The notes under the pieces are model-generated. The model had not been told where the DNA came from. It made no database searches and was given only the letters and a program-made list of their open reading frames with translations. This document shows, in pieces, positions 32,506-55,984 of a stretch of 64,000 nt of DNA. The stretch is taken from the NCBI GenBank assembly GCA_002269645.1, contig NIVC01003546.1:28009-92008 (forward strand), in the 5' to 3' direction. Positions within the stretch are counted from its first letter, which is position 1, and each line of letters starts with the position of its first letter. The DNA comes from Macrostomum lignano (Eukaryota). A program made the translations under genes and the position numbers.

Positions 32506-35500
32506 TTTTTCAGCTTGTGTTGTGTCGATAAAAAATAATCATGCAAAAACAGTTGATTTGATTTTACTCCAGGCTTAAAATAAATATAATTAACTTTAAC
32601 TTTGAATTTGAGTAAATCATATTCAAATAAAAGCTATAGTGACTTTAGCTAATGAAATAAAAAGTTATGAACTGTTTAAATATTAATCGATAAAATTTAG
32701 ACATAGCCTTCATTTTACATTTAAAAAACTAACAGTCAAATCGATCTCTAAAATATATTTTTTATTATAGTCTAGACTTTTAACCTCGCATTGTGAGTTT
32801 CAAAGGTACAATAATGTCATGATATAAAGCATTTTTATGAATAGATGGACTTGGAATATGATTCTGTCACGTTTATATTTAATTAGCTTAAGCTTGAAAG
32901 TAGATTTGAAGCAAAAAAAGAAAATAGAATAAAAAATAAGAATCTCCAGAATGTTCAAATGGAAAGTTATTCCTCAAAACATTCTTTCAACTGGTTTTTT
33001 AATAATCATAGACGTACTGCGTAGGATAGGAAAGAGCTAGGCCAGTGAGTTAATTTTTCAAGTCAACTTTTGGTAAGAAAGTGCAATACATTCTACCTAC
33101 TACAGTGGTCCTTGACATTCTGTCCTAAGACTGCTGGCACCAACACTTTATAAGAAGTTTTTTAGCCCAGAACCATCGTGAATTAATTTTCAGAATTAAA
33201 TTATTTTTCTAATTGCTTAATGTACTGAAATTGTTTCGGAATCTATTGAAATAAAAATTAAATCTCCAAGTCAATTTTTTAATAAAAATGCACATATATA
33301 GTTAAAGACCCTAAATTATTGTTGAACAGCATCACATAAAACGTGCCAAGAAAAGTAACTATTAATTATTTAATTATATATAATTATGTAAATGACTAAA
33401 TATCCATCAATTAAATGAATGATTGAAGGATAACTTTAACGGACAAAAAAAGATTATTTTGAGAAGAAAATAAAACTGACAAGTGACGCCTGTAAAATAG
33501 TAAAACAAACCACATGCATTACAAAGTTTAGTTGCATTTGTGTCCAACTTATAGTCACCAAAATGTTTTAAAAGAGTTATTTTATTTTTTATTAAAATGT
33601 ACATTTTGATAACTGACGTAATGTTTTTCAAGAAAATTCACGAACTAGATTCTAAAAGCTGAAGGCTAAACGTTTTTCCTTAGTATTTAAATTTTTATTT
33701 ATTTCATATACCTAAAGTATCTTTTAGGTTTATAAACAATTAAATAACAGTTCGTACACAAAATCCAATATGAAGTACATGTTTTAGATACAATGTACAT
33801 TGTATTTATATTGACATTCATAGGGGTCTATGTTTTGCTTGTATAATTATTTATGCCTTATGGCCTATGGGAAACATTTAAAATTTCATGTACAGGTTTT
33901 TCAACCGTCTCTTACTTCTTGTGAGTCGTGACGTACATGTACGGCCATTCAATTAACTTGTATTGCATTGTGGGCTCCTTAAATTACATGTATTTATAAA
34001 TTTTAATCCCGATAATCGTTGTGCATAATGATGACGGACTTTCAGTACTGATGTGATGGCACATACATGTATAAAGCTCCTTCCCCTGTACTGTTCTTAC
34101 TACTGCCACAAAATGGAATTTTCTTCTTCTCTATTTCTTGTATCTTCTCTGTTCTTTAATTCCAATTCCCTCTTTGTCATCTTCTCTTTTTTATCCTTTG
34201 TTTCCACTATTTTATTTTCCTCTCTCTTTTATGCTTTTTCTTCTTTTCTATTGGGATTTCATACCAGCATACTTTTTCGAGTCATAGTCCCCAGTCGTCA
34301 AGGTATGTGTTAGGCGGCCACACTGCACCTGGCATGTGCGCCTGCGGGTCTGCAGACGCCAGATGGTCTAGATGAATCACACGTGACTGCATGGCGCTTT
34401 TTCTCATTTTTGACAGATCATCCATCACATGAATCACATGAGATTTTGGCCTATTCTTCAGATTTTTCCAAGTGGGACGATATTTTTGACAGCTGCGACC
34501 TTTACCTCTAATATTATACTCGCTTTAATCCTTATCTCCTCGCAGATTATTCCGTCGCACTCTCATCTTTATTCCATCTTTATTCTCACACGCGTATCGA
34601 TATAATGCATACTTTCAGGTTAAGTTTTGATTTGACATTGCTGAAACTCATTTATTGTTTGCATCAAAATTTGATGATATATGGCCGCACCTGTCACTCT
34701 TAGGGGTCCAATGGGGTTTGATAGGATCTCTTGGCTTTCGATATTAAATACAAGGTCAGCCAATCAAAATTCGACGTGCGTTTTAAGAATTACATGTAGG
34801 CTTATATCCAATCAGAATCAACGTATTTCAATATAACAAAGTCGCGGGCCAGTAATTGGTCCGAATTTAAACCCCGGATTTTTCCTGTTTGGAATTCAAC
34901 CTTTCGGTCCTCCTCGATAGATCTGAGAGACCCTCTGGAGGAACGCCCTCTCCAACTGTTGATTTGTCCCCCAAGGACTGCTCTGGTGGAAGGACTGGAA
35001 ACTATACTTTTCTTGGAATTTTTTAGGAGGCATCTTGACTCAAAACCTGCATAGATAGCTCGAATCATTGGTTTTACGGTTCGACTAATGCTTTCCCTGA
35101 TTGGAGCAATAAATCAATAAATCATGTCATGGACAGCTTCAAGAACAAGAAACAAAGAATCAATAAACAAGAATTTATTCAAGAACGGAGCGACTATAAT
35201 TTGAAAGAAAACGCGGAGCCAAACAAACATGCAGCTTCAATTTTAGAAAGTCAACTATAGTACACTGTCTCTAGTCTATGGGACATCCCTAATCTTTAGG
35301 AGTTAATAGGTAATAGGCCAAATAGGCCAATGAAGCTTATAAATAAGAATAAATAAATAAATTGAAGTGCTTTTTGGTTTTGTCGACAAAATGTTCGAGT
35401 TCGTTGATTATTTTATTAATAGGGAGGGTGAAGTATAGTTAGATTCGCTCAGAACCCGAATCGGGCAGTTGATTTTTATAGTAAAGTTTTTATTAGAATT

Positions 35501-35537
35501 TTCTCGTGACCAGATCGAATTGAAGCAGCTCGCAGTC

Positions 35538-36278
35538 TCACTGAAGCGCGAACTTTACCCAGTCGTTGCTGTTCTCGATTTCCTGCTCAACTTGGGCGTC
35601 GCTGAACTGCAGTAGTCGGCATTGCCCAAGGACTTTGTTGTACAGCACGCTCCTGATATTCGGAAACTTGATGAATGCAACTTCAAAGCACTCAAGTATG
35701 TTGCTAATTGGCTGCAGTTCGGTGTAGCAGTACTGAGTATTGTACTCAGTGCGTTTGAAAGGAACATTCACCCACGTGGCGCTTGGTGGCACATGAGATG
35801 GAGCGAATTCGCAAGCGAATCCGGCGGTATAAAAGCAGCGCAGATCAACAAACCGATGACTATTGTCATTCGCCTGGATCACACAGTCCTGATTCCCGAT
35901 GTTGTTCGGTATCCCGCTGTACCACAGTGCGTTGTCCAGCGGTAGGTCTTCATTGCCGTTGACCGTCTGCCAGCCTGACCGAGACGTCAGTCGCTCATTC
36001 GCGAGGTCAGTCACCCCGAGCCACAGATGTATAGGGCTATCCATGCTTGGCATGCTGCTGAGCAGCTTCAATGTTTCGTACGAGTTGATGAGCTGGCCGT
36101 CGATGGCTGCGCATTGCCGGTTGGCCTCGCACCAGGTAAAACCTTTAGAATAGTTCACGAAGATGCACTTACCGGCCTCGTTATAAAACGGGGCAGGGCA
36201 AGCGGCTTGCTGCTGGGATGAGCCAACCTGCAGGAGCAGCACTGCCATGGTAATGCTTAGGGTCAACTTAGCAATCAT
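35538..36278 (-). CDS. Secreted C-type lectin-domain protein with C-terminal PAN/apple-like segment, intronless, 246 aa
   Basis: Hydrophobic signal peptide. CTLD motifs are CPxxF..GKCIF, TWCEANRQC, LWLG, W(YSG)IPNN..NQDCV and FVDLRC...FACE. The C-terminus reads CYTELQPISNILEC...SVLYNKVLGQCRLL. Confidence 0.9.
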   Translation of the reverse strand: MIAKLTLSITMAVLLLQVGSSQQQAACPAPFYNEAGKCIFVNYSKGFTWCEANRQCAAIDGQLINSYETLKLLSSMPSMDSPIHLWLGVTDLANERLTSRSGWQTVNGNEDLPLDNALWYSGIPNNIGNQDCVIQANDNSHRFVDLRCFYTAGFACEFAPSHVPPSATWVNVPFKRTEYNTQYCYTELQPISNILECFEVAFIKFPNIRSVLYNKVLGQCRLLQFSDAQVEQEIENSNDWVKFALQ

Positions 36279-37879
36279 AGTGACTTAGTGCAATATGATC
36301 GCTTCAAGTAATGCTTTGAGAATGCCGGTATCAGGGAATTATCAGCGAAAACGATGACTACGGCGCTTATGTAGCCAATTTGTTTTTCGTCGAAGGTCTT
36401 CTGTTTTGTTGCTTCATTTGGGTTCGTTTTGGCGTCCTGATTGGTTCGCCCGTGGATACAATCGCCAGAGCCATTGCAGCAGTGGGTGGCAGCATTGAAT
36501 AAAAATCGAACTAAAAATAATTGTCAATTGTTGACTCTTCAGGACTCGCAGTCACTGTTTGCAATGCAGCTGCATGAAAGGGAATTGAAGAAGACAGAGA
36601 CTGAAGAATAAAATGCTCTTACCTTGCTTCGACTAGAAAAATTTTAGCCAAAGCGCTTCAACACAAAATCTCCTATGCAGAAATGATTCTGCACATTCAG
36701 CAGGCAGCTAGAAATGGCTTTTTGTCTGAGAAAACTCTAGAACAAAGCTCTATTTACAGTACCTGGCCCATTCCTCGGTGTCTTGTTAATTCCCAATAGT
36801 TGTTTTTTCCACTTCGCTGAGAATTTACTTTTTTGCTTGAAAATTTGGCTTTATTTGTTGCCCAGTCCTGCATGGATGTTTAAGAGCGCCTGATCCTGAA
36901 TGAGTCGTTAGGCCCCGGGTAATCACTTTTTTCCTAGTCTTTGCGCCTTTTTAAAGATGTAGCTATGCATAAAGCTCTTTCACTAGGCTGCATCTATGCT
37001 GAAGGGATCGCTTCTGGTTTGTTCCCTTTAGAAAAATGTTTCCGAAGCTCTACGTCAGTGTGGCTGAATCAATACAGGAAAAAATGAAGTTTGGCTAAAA
37101 CCATCAACGAATGACAAGTCTCCAAACCGTGCCACATTTCGACGTTCGCTGGTTTATTTCATGTCGATGGAGAGACATACACAGCAACCGCTTTAATTGA
37201 GGGGCCGCAACGAGCGCCAAAATTTGGTGTCTTGGTGAGCGCCAATGTCTCGTGGTTGGCGCCCTCTCTTCTGTCTCTTAGGCCGGTGGATGCGACGTCC
37301 GTTCAATCGGATTGCCGTGTTATACTTTCGGATATCCGTGTCGTTAACCGCCCAGATAGTACAAGTGCTTTCCGACCTCCCCCTGGATATTTCGAGCATG
37401 CTAAAGTATCCGGTCCGGATATCTCAAGCTGCTTTACGTTCTCCGGGGTACTCTTGCAGTCTCCCCCCCCCCGGAAGTCACAAGCTAGGTTGAAATATCC
37501 GGCCGAAAAACCAAGGTTTTCTTTGCGGTATCCGGACTGGGATGTCCGAGTCAAAGAACGATAATGTATAAAAATATTTTTGGAACAAAAAGACTAAGTG
37601 AAATTAGCGTTTCAAGGATATAAAATTACTGAGTTAGGAAAAATTTTTAATGTTTCTAAATACTATATATATATATATAACTTATATATATAAGTTGATG
37701 AATGAAATGCCCTGGTTTTTTAACATTGTCCTTTAGTTGATCACCCCCCTTTCGACCCCCAAAAACTTTTATATACTTAATCTTCAATAGAACCATATGC
37801 CTTTATCGAAGTTTAAGTACTTCAAGTATAAAAATCAATCCCCATATGATCAAGAATCTCCCACCCTAAAAGCCACTTT

Positions 37880-38210
37880 TCATTGTAAAATAGCGCAGTA
37901 AAGAGGCCAATTGAGCTCTTTATTCCCATTTAACATTACTCGACGTGCAGTGTTTTGATCTTTTCCCGGACTTCATCTTCCGTAAGAGCACACGCCGCCG
38001 CTGTTCTGGGCGCCTTTTCTTGCCGCAGTTCCGGTTTCTCACTTTGTAGAACAATTGACCGTCTTGGAAGAAGAAGGCTTTACTTTTTTCCCTCACTTTG
38101 GCCGGCAAGTCTCCGGGAATTCTGAACGTAGTGGCCGTAAAGGAACACTTGGGGTTAGACTCGCCTTTGCCATGTGTGTCTCCACTTGAAGCTACAAATA
38201 CCTCAGTCAC
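37880..38210 (-). pseudogene. Degenerate Ginger/GIN- or gypsy-type integrase N-terminal fragment
   Basis: KVREKSKAFFFQDGQLFYK...RRRVL, then after a frameshift TEDEVREKIKTLHVE* and GIKSSIGLFTALFY. This resembles the region leading into the HHCC zinc-binding motif. It contains stops and a frameshift. Confidence 0.4.
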
Positions 38211-39487
38211 ACTTGCAGCCTTCTAAGCTCTTAATTAAATAGCTTTTAAAATAGAGCATCAGTGAGAATGAAGTACACATTGCGCAATTACACTGACAAT
38301 TCAGCTAGAGCTCACCCCTGCTAGATACAGATATATAGTTTAGCCCCGTGGCTGTACACCGCTCATGTACATTTTTACCCCCGGAGATCTCAAATCGGGG
38401 AAAATGCAAGGCACGACACGACTGTTATGCCTTGCGTTGTCCGGGACTCGAGATCGCAAAGCAAAGTCACATTTGTCCTGCGATCTCCGGCCGGAGACTG
38501 TAAGCGCACGGAGTTAGCAAAGCCTAACACCGGGACGAGAAATACACTGAGATGCAGGGTTCACCAGCACTTTAGTAATGGTTCACCAGCTTAATGTGTC
38601 AACTGGTGGATAGATGGCGCTGATGCAAATTTTTATTGCAGGCAGGGGGCTGTATGAACCCTGACGTGCTTTAAGCGATATTGTCACAATGTCACACAAC
38701 CGACGAGAGGCATTACTGCCCATTCCGCCGACTCCTCTGAGCAGGCACACAAGCGCGCGGATACGAGCTAAGTACGCAGTCACACTAAATTTAATCAGGG
38801 TATTTTATGTTTAGACATCAACCAAAGCAGACAAAAATATACCTGTACGTATACAATCGGAATTCGAAATGATTTTTTATTTGACAAACACATGCATGGA
38901 CCAAGTACTAAGATACGTATAAGCCAACCAGTTACACGATAAATTGCGTTATGGAATAGGCAAAACTAAACTCAAATTAATTCAGTAAATATCATAAAAA
39001 TGATAAATCAGCAACTAACTATTCATAAATTTGAATTGAAACTCGGAATTTAGTATGCGAAATCAAACCATTTTCATCATTAAAATGTCTACTGTAAAAG
39101 GCGCAAAAACGTTATGTCAATGGACGCGACTCGACAATTTCGAGTTCCGGAAGGGAGGTATAAACTTTCTGTAAATATGCTTGTAAAAAATAATTTTAAG
39201 AACTACTCGTACATTATTTATGCCTAAATATTTCTATCACATTCGGCAATTTCATTCTAACCAACAAACGATTAACTGCAGTTAGTTGTTAAGTCAGTAT
39301 TATGCAAATGCACTGCACCGACGTCTACTGGTACAGCTCTGCATAGGTATATTACCAATTGCACTCTACTCTACTGATTTGAAAATAAAATTATTATTAA
39401 ATTATCATCTAACTACTAAAAAAGAAGGTACAGAGTAAATTTCTATGCAGGTAAAAAACATTAAGGTAAAACCAACTGTGTTGTTTT

Positions 39488-39785
39488 ACTTAGCGAGGAT
39501 TGAAAACAGACAGGGAAGGGGGTTTGGAGCCGATAAGAGAATCGATAACCCATCCAACCTTGTTGTACACTTAGCGAGGATTGAAAACAGACAGGGAAGG
39601 GGGTTTGGAGCCGATAAGAGAATCGATAACCCATCCAACCTTGTTGTACACTTAGCGAGGATTGAAAACAGACAGGGAAGGGGGTTTGGAGCCGATAAGA
39701 GAATCGATAACCCATCCAACCTTGTGTTGTACACTTAGCGAGGATTGAAAACAGACAGGGAAGGGGGTTTGGAGCCGATAAGATA
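39488..39785 (+). repeat. 81-bp tandem repeat, ~3.6 copies
   Basis: Unit starts at 39488, 39569, 39650 and 39733 (ACTTAGCGAGGATTGAAAACAGACAGGG...). Confidence 0.93.
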
Positions 39786-39812
39786 ATCAATAACCCTCTC
39801 TCTCAGTCTCAG

Positions 39813-45157
<5,345 letters not shown>

Positions 45158-45564
45158 GTTTCTTTGCTTAGTAAAGTAAAAGGGCGAGGTTTAGTGAATA
45201 GAAGAAATTTTAAGGAATTGAAATGAAGACGAATTTTTTAAAGCGCAGAAACAAGAACTGAGACACACGTTAAGAACAACTCAGATCTGCAAAAGTACTG
45301 GTTTATATCATCCAAAGAGGATCAAAGCTACAGGCAGAAAATTTCCTGGAAATCTCTAGCGACAGTAGACCTTGCTTCAGTGTACATTTTCCCCTCCAGT
45401 GTCCCTGTACACTGCGCTAAAAATAGAATCAAGCTTTCCGTGTACGTCTATAACTTAAGATAGAAAATATCGTCCACCCAACTTAGCTCCTCCACATGTT
45501 GTTTTGTTACTTCGCTGTTTCATTCACTTTTTGCAAAACAAAAGCTTGCTAGAGTTGGCTAGAG

Positions 45565-45861
45565 CATACATGCGCAACAGTCGGCCGAGTCGGCCGATCC
45601 GGCCGACCGATTTGGCGACCAACCAAGGAAGTCGCAAAAATGCCCACTCAAAAAACACCCTAGTAGTAGTACTAAGTAGCTGACGAAGCATTTTGGCTTA
45701 ATAAGAGAGTCATAGTTACTCCTGCCGTTTACCCAAACTTGCGTTAATTTTGCTTTACGGTTTTTTTACATGCAAGTCGCATTTTTGGCCAAAAACTACG
45801 TCGCATTTTTGTTAAAACTAAGTCGCACGGCCGACCGAATTTTGGAGGTTGCGCATGTATG
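45565..45861. mobile_element. MITE, 297 bp, 14-16-bp perfect TIRs, CTAGAG direct repeat as putative TSD
   Basis: Left end CATACATGCGCAAC and right end GTTGCGCATGTATG are perfect reverse complements. Flanks are CTAGAG| and |CTAGAG. There are internal GTCGCA/GGCCGA motif repeats. Confidence 0.85.
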
Positions 45862-46537
45862 CTAGAGCTTATCTCTCATATCTTACTCTCTCTCAGAGTT
45901 AGTTAGTGTACACTTAAAATATCTTCTACTTATTTAAAAACGGCGCGCGGTTTCTTTTTTAAGTCTAGTAGTCCACTCACCATCCAGCCCTATAAGTAAA
46001 ATGGTGAAAAATGAAAATTGATTGTAATTAACAGCCTAATAGCTATGATTACATGTAATTCCCAATTATAATATGCAATATTATGCAGTTGGCAGGCACA
46101 CCTCACACCAAATGCATATTAGGTGTGAATATGAACCTCACCCCAGGTGTACACGCTTAATTAAAAACAAATCTCTCCGGTTTGCTGTACACCTGTACAG
46201 TGTACACTTCAGGAGAGTGGCGTGTAGATCCAGTGAAATACAATTACATGTTTTAAAAAAAGTTAGTTGGCATTGGCATAATACCGGTAGTATGCACTCA
46301 ATACTATCCAAGCACTTTGATCGCATGTACATGTACATGTATGTATATACTGTAAATGCTCTCCCACCTGAGTGCATGGATTGGATATGCGTTGCAATTC
46401 TATTAATTAAGCTACTATATATAGGAATACATAGCATACGAGCTACGAGTAAGGTTTACTTAGACTGCAAGAAATGACAATCCTTGACGTTGTAGTTGTA
46501 TTGCAAATAACGGTCGATTTTCATAATATTTCAATTT

Positions 46538-47684
46538 CAAGAGGGGGGAATCCCCCTCTGACAATTTTTTTGCTGCGCCGGAACGGAGCAACGCAGGCGC
46601 ACGAAATTCATGAACACGGGCTAACTTTTTGTTGCGCACCTTCTCAAACAAGAATCAAGTCGCCAACCCTCCGGACCGTCGAGATATTCGACGATTCTGC
46701 CAGAAGGTCGGATTTTTCCCATAAGCGCCAGTGTATTCAGTATACGGTCCATGTGCGCCAACGCCAATTAGCACTGCGCCTCAGTGCAGCCTTCCCAAGC
46801 CTCCAAATTTCATCAGCACGCCGATCACATGTGTCTGCATCAGTTCTGACTTTGTTGGTCACTGGCCTTCACCCAGGCGGAGCTTCTGAACCTTTAACAG
46901 GTGTCATCATGTGACTATGAACACCTTGATGCGAATTTCTGAAGTTTCACTGATCAAGCCTCGACAGCGGGCAAGCCTCGTCTGTTGGACATCCTCAGCT
47001 AGTCTCTAAAGCATTCTGCAGTCATCACCCCGACGCCGTCGGCTCCTTCAACAGAAGACACCGGGGGACTATGAAGATCCTGCTGCAACGACATGTATGT
47101 CAGATTTTTCTTATCAAGCTTCAATTATGGGCAAGCCTCAACTGCTGGACATCCTCAGCTAGTCTCTCAAGCAATCAGTCATCACCCCGACACCGTCGGC
47201 ACCTTCAGCAGCACCAGGCACCAGGTGACTATGGACATGTCCAACAGTCTAGGCTTCCCCACTGTTGAGGCTTGATTAGCGAAACTCGTGAAATTTGCGA
47301 CAATGTGTCCATAGTTACCTGGTGACACCTGTTGAAGGTCCAGAAGCTCCGCCTGGGGGAAGGCCAGTGACCAACAAAATCAGAGCTGATGCAAACACGC
47401 GGTGGACGTGCTGATAAAATTTGGAGGCTTGGCAAGGCTGTACTGAGGCGCAGTGCTGATTGGTGCACATGAGTGTACTGAATACACTAGCGCTTACGGG
47501 AAAAATCCGACCTTCTGGCAGAATCGTCGAATATCTCGACGGTCCGGAGGGCTGCATGGTGACTTAATTCTTGTTTGAGAAGGTGCGCAACAAAAATTTA
47601 GCTCGTGCTCTTGAATTTCGTGTGCTTGCGTTGCTCCGTTCCGGCGCATCAAAGAAATTGTCAGAGGGGGATTCCCCCCTCTTG
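46538..47684. mobile_element. Foldback / long-TIR non-autonomous DNA transposon (~450-bp imperfect arms, ~245-bp spacer)
   Basis: Left CAAGAGGGGGGAATCCCCCTCTGACAA... is the reverse complement of right ...TTGTCAGAGGGGGATTCCCCCCTCTTG. Arm similarity continues inward to about 46990/47235. The spacer has a duplicated GGACATCCTCAGCTAGTCTCT. No ORF and no clear TSD. Confidence 0.9.
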
Positions 47685-49774
47685 GTAGTTAATCCGCCCA
47701 AGCAAGGTCCATATCCACACACAAATCAACCCTCAAGTCTGCATGAAAGCAACTTTAATTATATTCGTAAGCAGTGTTACAACGATAAAAACCATCTATT
47801 TCTGTATAAAACGCAAGGGTTTTGTATGTACATGTATAATGATAATTATTGAATTTAATGTACAATAGAAGTACAAGTAGATATTGAAATTAACACGTCG
47901 CTTTAGGATACGCGCTTTAGCACGTTTCAGCACGCTTTCTATTAGCACTAGCAAATTTTCTGTCAGAATTATATAGTGACAGTAGTAGTACATGCATAAT
48001 TTGCGTTTTTTTGCGCAAAAATTCTGAAAATCGACCGATAAATCATCACGTTTACTAACAGTCCTTTGTCTAATTCAAAAGATTATCGATATCAAAATCA
48101 CAAGGCAGATCACCAATAGCATTCCCTCTGAAGACGTACGCTCATAATTTAAATTATCAACTATTTAGCTCATATTAAACTTGACCTCTAGAAAAACAAA
48201 TATAGGGTTAAAGACAGTAAGTAAATTACCTCGTACACATGTTACCTAGTCTCAATATTAAAATATATTATGTGCAACCCGCAAGTATACTTACGAGATT
48301 TGTGCCTTTTATCATGACAGAAAAGCTGCAGGAGCCTGGACAATTAGAATTTATAATTTTTTCGCGCCTGATGCCACATTCAAATCACTATTAAAATAGC
48401 TTAAACTTTAGATCAATACAGATCTTTCCAAAAGTAAGAATCCGAAAACCGAAAATTTTTTGAATTGTCCGGACATATTATCGTGTAAGCAAAAATGTAA
48501 ATCAGCTTTTACAGACCACTTAGAATTAAAATTCTTAGCTAATATTCATTGCCTAAATTTTATAATGGCACTTTTAGCGATATTACTGTATAATTTGTTT
48601 TGCTGCAGCCAATTTCATTAATACGGATTTTTAAAGTCATTTTAAACGGCATACTTTTACAATGAAGGACTTCAGCAGTGCCACGATACGCTTCAGCTAC
48701 TATACTGACTCGTAAAAATGGTCGGCGACTGTTTTGCCCCCGCAATGTATCAATTACTTTTATGAACTAAGTATGCATGAAAATCGAAAGTATTAAAAAT
48801 CGAAAAGGCACACATAAAGCTACATGTACTTGTATAAGCTGCCCCGCATATGTCACTGTGTTTTTTGTAGCACTTTTGATTTTCATGCATATTTATTATC
48901 ACCATTTATTGATATTATTATTATTAGTCATATTATTTTTCTTAATAATAATTCTGGTAATGTATATCATTATAATTGCTTTCATTATTTAAAAAAATTA
49001 ATTACTATTATTGTTACTTCTATATATTAGGCTACGTAGTCGTCAGTGGCGTTAGCCGTTAAATAATTATTTATCCCTTAAAGGAAATACGAGAATATAC
49101 GCTTATTTCCATGAATCGATATCCATCATTTTGGAGAAAAGTTCGTTTTTTGCCTTGATTTTAGCAAAAATTCAAATTCTTTTGCAACTTAAAAGTCAAC
49201 TACACGTTTTCTTAGGACTTCAATTTAAGTCTAACTAGAGTTTATTTAAGGAACTGAATTTTTTGCCAAAAAGAACGCTGAACTTTATGAAAGAATATCA
49301 ATCGCTGCAAAATATTAATAAACTGGCTAATTTTATTTTTCAATGAACTTTACGAGCAGTGTTGGCTATGTCGCCGTTGCGACAAATTTTGTACTTTCTT
49401 AAGCATGCAGTACATTCAGTTTGATTACATTTAAAAAGTAAAACTGTTGTACCAGTGACAGATTTTATCTACAGTAGTAATAATTATCAGTCCGTAGGAC
49501 TCTTAAGAATGGCAATTTGGAGCAATACGATTTGAGCTAAAAAACTAACACAACGAAAATAGGCAGGTATATAATATATATATGACGTAAAACAATTTAG
49601 CGGCGGCAACCTCCATACACCAAACATCCATCCCCGTGGTCGCACAAAGGGGATTCAACAATAAAATAAGAACATATGGTTTCATATAAGAGCAGCAGGT
49701 GTAGAGCAAATCAACTTTGATACTTTCGCTAAAAAAGCATAAAATTTTCAGCTGCATGAAAATATAACAAAAGT

Positions 49775-54451
<4,677 letters not shown>

Positions 54452-55820
54452 GCGAGAGCCGAGAACTGTTGTCAGATCTGCTTGAAGCTCTGCGACTCTA
54501 GTAGCTTTTGCTTGTCTTGCTTCTAGAAGAGATTGAAGCAAGCCTTCCTGCCTGGACTGGCTTATCCGTTGGATGGCGGGGGGAGGAGGCGAGGCTGCGG
54601 ATTGAAGGCGATGGCGCAACTATAAGGGGAATCGGTTGGGGAGAACGGAGGCGGGCAGGGGAGTGGGGTAAGGGATTTGGATAACCGAATGAGAAAGCGG
54701 GCAGGTCGAGGCTAAAATCCCCGGGGCGGCTGACGGTGACGTAACCGGACGCCCCGCGAGCCGGGCAGGGTAATCGAAGGATTCAATTGGACAAAGGGGG
54801 CGAGCCTCTGCCTCTCTCTGTCTGCCTGGACCGACGCCTTGTCCAGTTGGGGGTGTTGATGGCGGGTCCGAATAAGAGGATGAAGCCAAGGATGTCGCGA
54901 CGAAGGCTCGGAGCTGAAGTGATCGTAGAAAATAAATGGGAGACTGGAAGCAGCTGGAAGACTTTGCTCCAAAATGAGGAATTGACAAGCAAACGAGAGG
55001 AAAAAGAAGAAAGGGAGGTTCAGGAATCGGTCAGTGTAGGAAAGCCTAAAAACTAAGAGATTGCAGATGGCCTGTAACCCAGCCAGGGAGAGGAAAGAGG
55101 ATATAATCTGGGCTGGGGGTTGGTGAGAGGGGAGGCCGGCACCCCAGCGCACTTACTGCCAATCCGCATGGGCATCCGATTACTCAGTGTCTTAGTTCGA
55201 TTCAAGGTTTTCCAGCTTAGCAAAGTCTGGTTCATGCAATATGGAATACTGGATACAGAGTCTGGAATGTGGAAGTTTGCTCTCGGCAGTTTTGCTTTTC
55301 TCGGCAATTTCTTTGGCCTGCTCTTAGCGGCCGCTTACATTTCGAGCAATGCGATGGAATAATAAAATTGTAAGCAATTGTAAGCAAGCTATTTGAGGAT
55401 TTAAATGAGACAGTCACGGTCAGGTACAAAGACTGATTGTCACTCCAGATGCTTTATCTAGAACTCCATGACCTGTGCAGGGGAAACTGTGGAGGAAAAA
55501 GCTTACAACCAAGGCCCAGGAAATTGCTTCCCACACGAAAGCAACCCCTGTAATTTTAAGCTTCCAGTTCCGTGCACGCTTGGGAAGAAAGGACGCAATA
55601 GGGATTTCGAGGGGGAGAAGTGAAGCAAGCAAAGCCAGCTTCTTCAACAAAATGTGCCGGGACTGGAGGGGGTGAAAATCCCCGAAGCAAAAAGAACGCC
55701 GCAACCAATACCGGTAGGGCCATAAACTAAGGATCTGGGGGGGGGGCTTTGGAGGGGCTGCTTTTAGAAGCAAAGCGCTGCTGTTTCTTCTTCCTGCCAA
55801 GAATCCCTATTGAATAAGCT

Positions 55821-55932
55821 GGACTAGACAATAATGCTGACCCCAATGGGACTAGACAATAATGCTGACCCCAATGGGACTAGACAATAATGCTGACCCC
55901 AATGGGACTAGACAATAATGCTGACCCCAATG
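55821..55932 (+). repeat. 28-bp tandem repeat x4 (GGACTAGACAATAATGCTGACCCCAATG)
   Basis: Direct reading. Confidence 0.92.
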
Positions 55933-55984
55933 CATTCGACGGTCGCAATGCCCAAACTTATAATCCCCAAGCATCACAGTTCCC

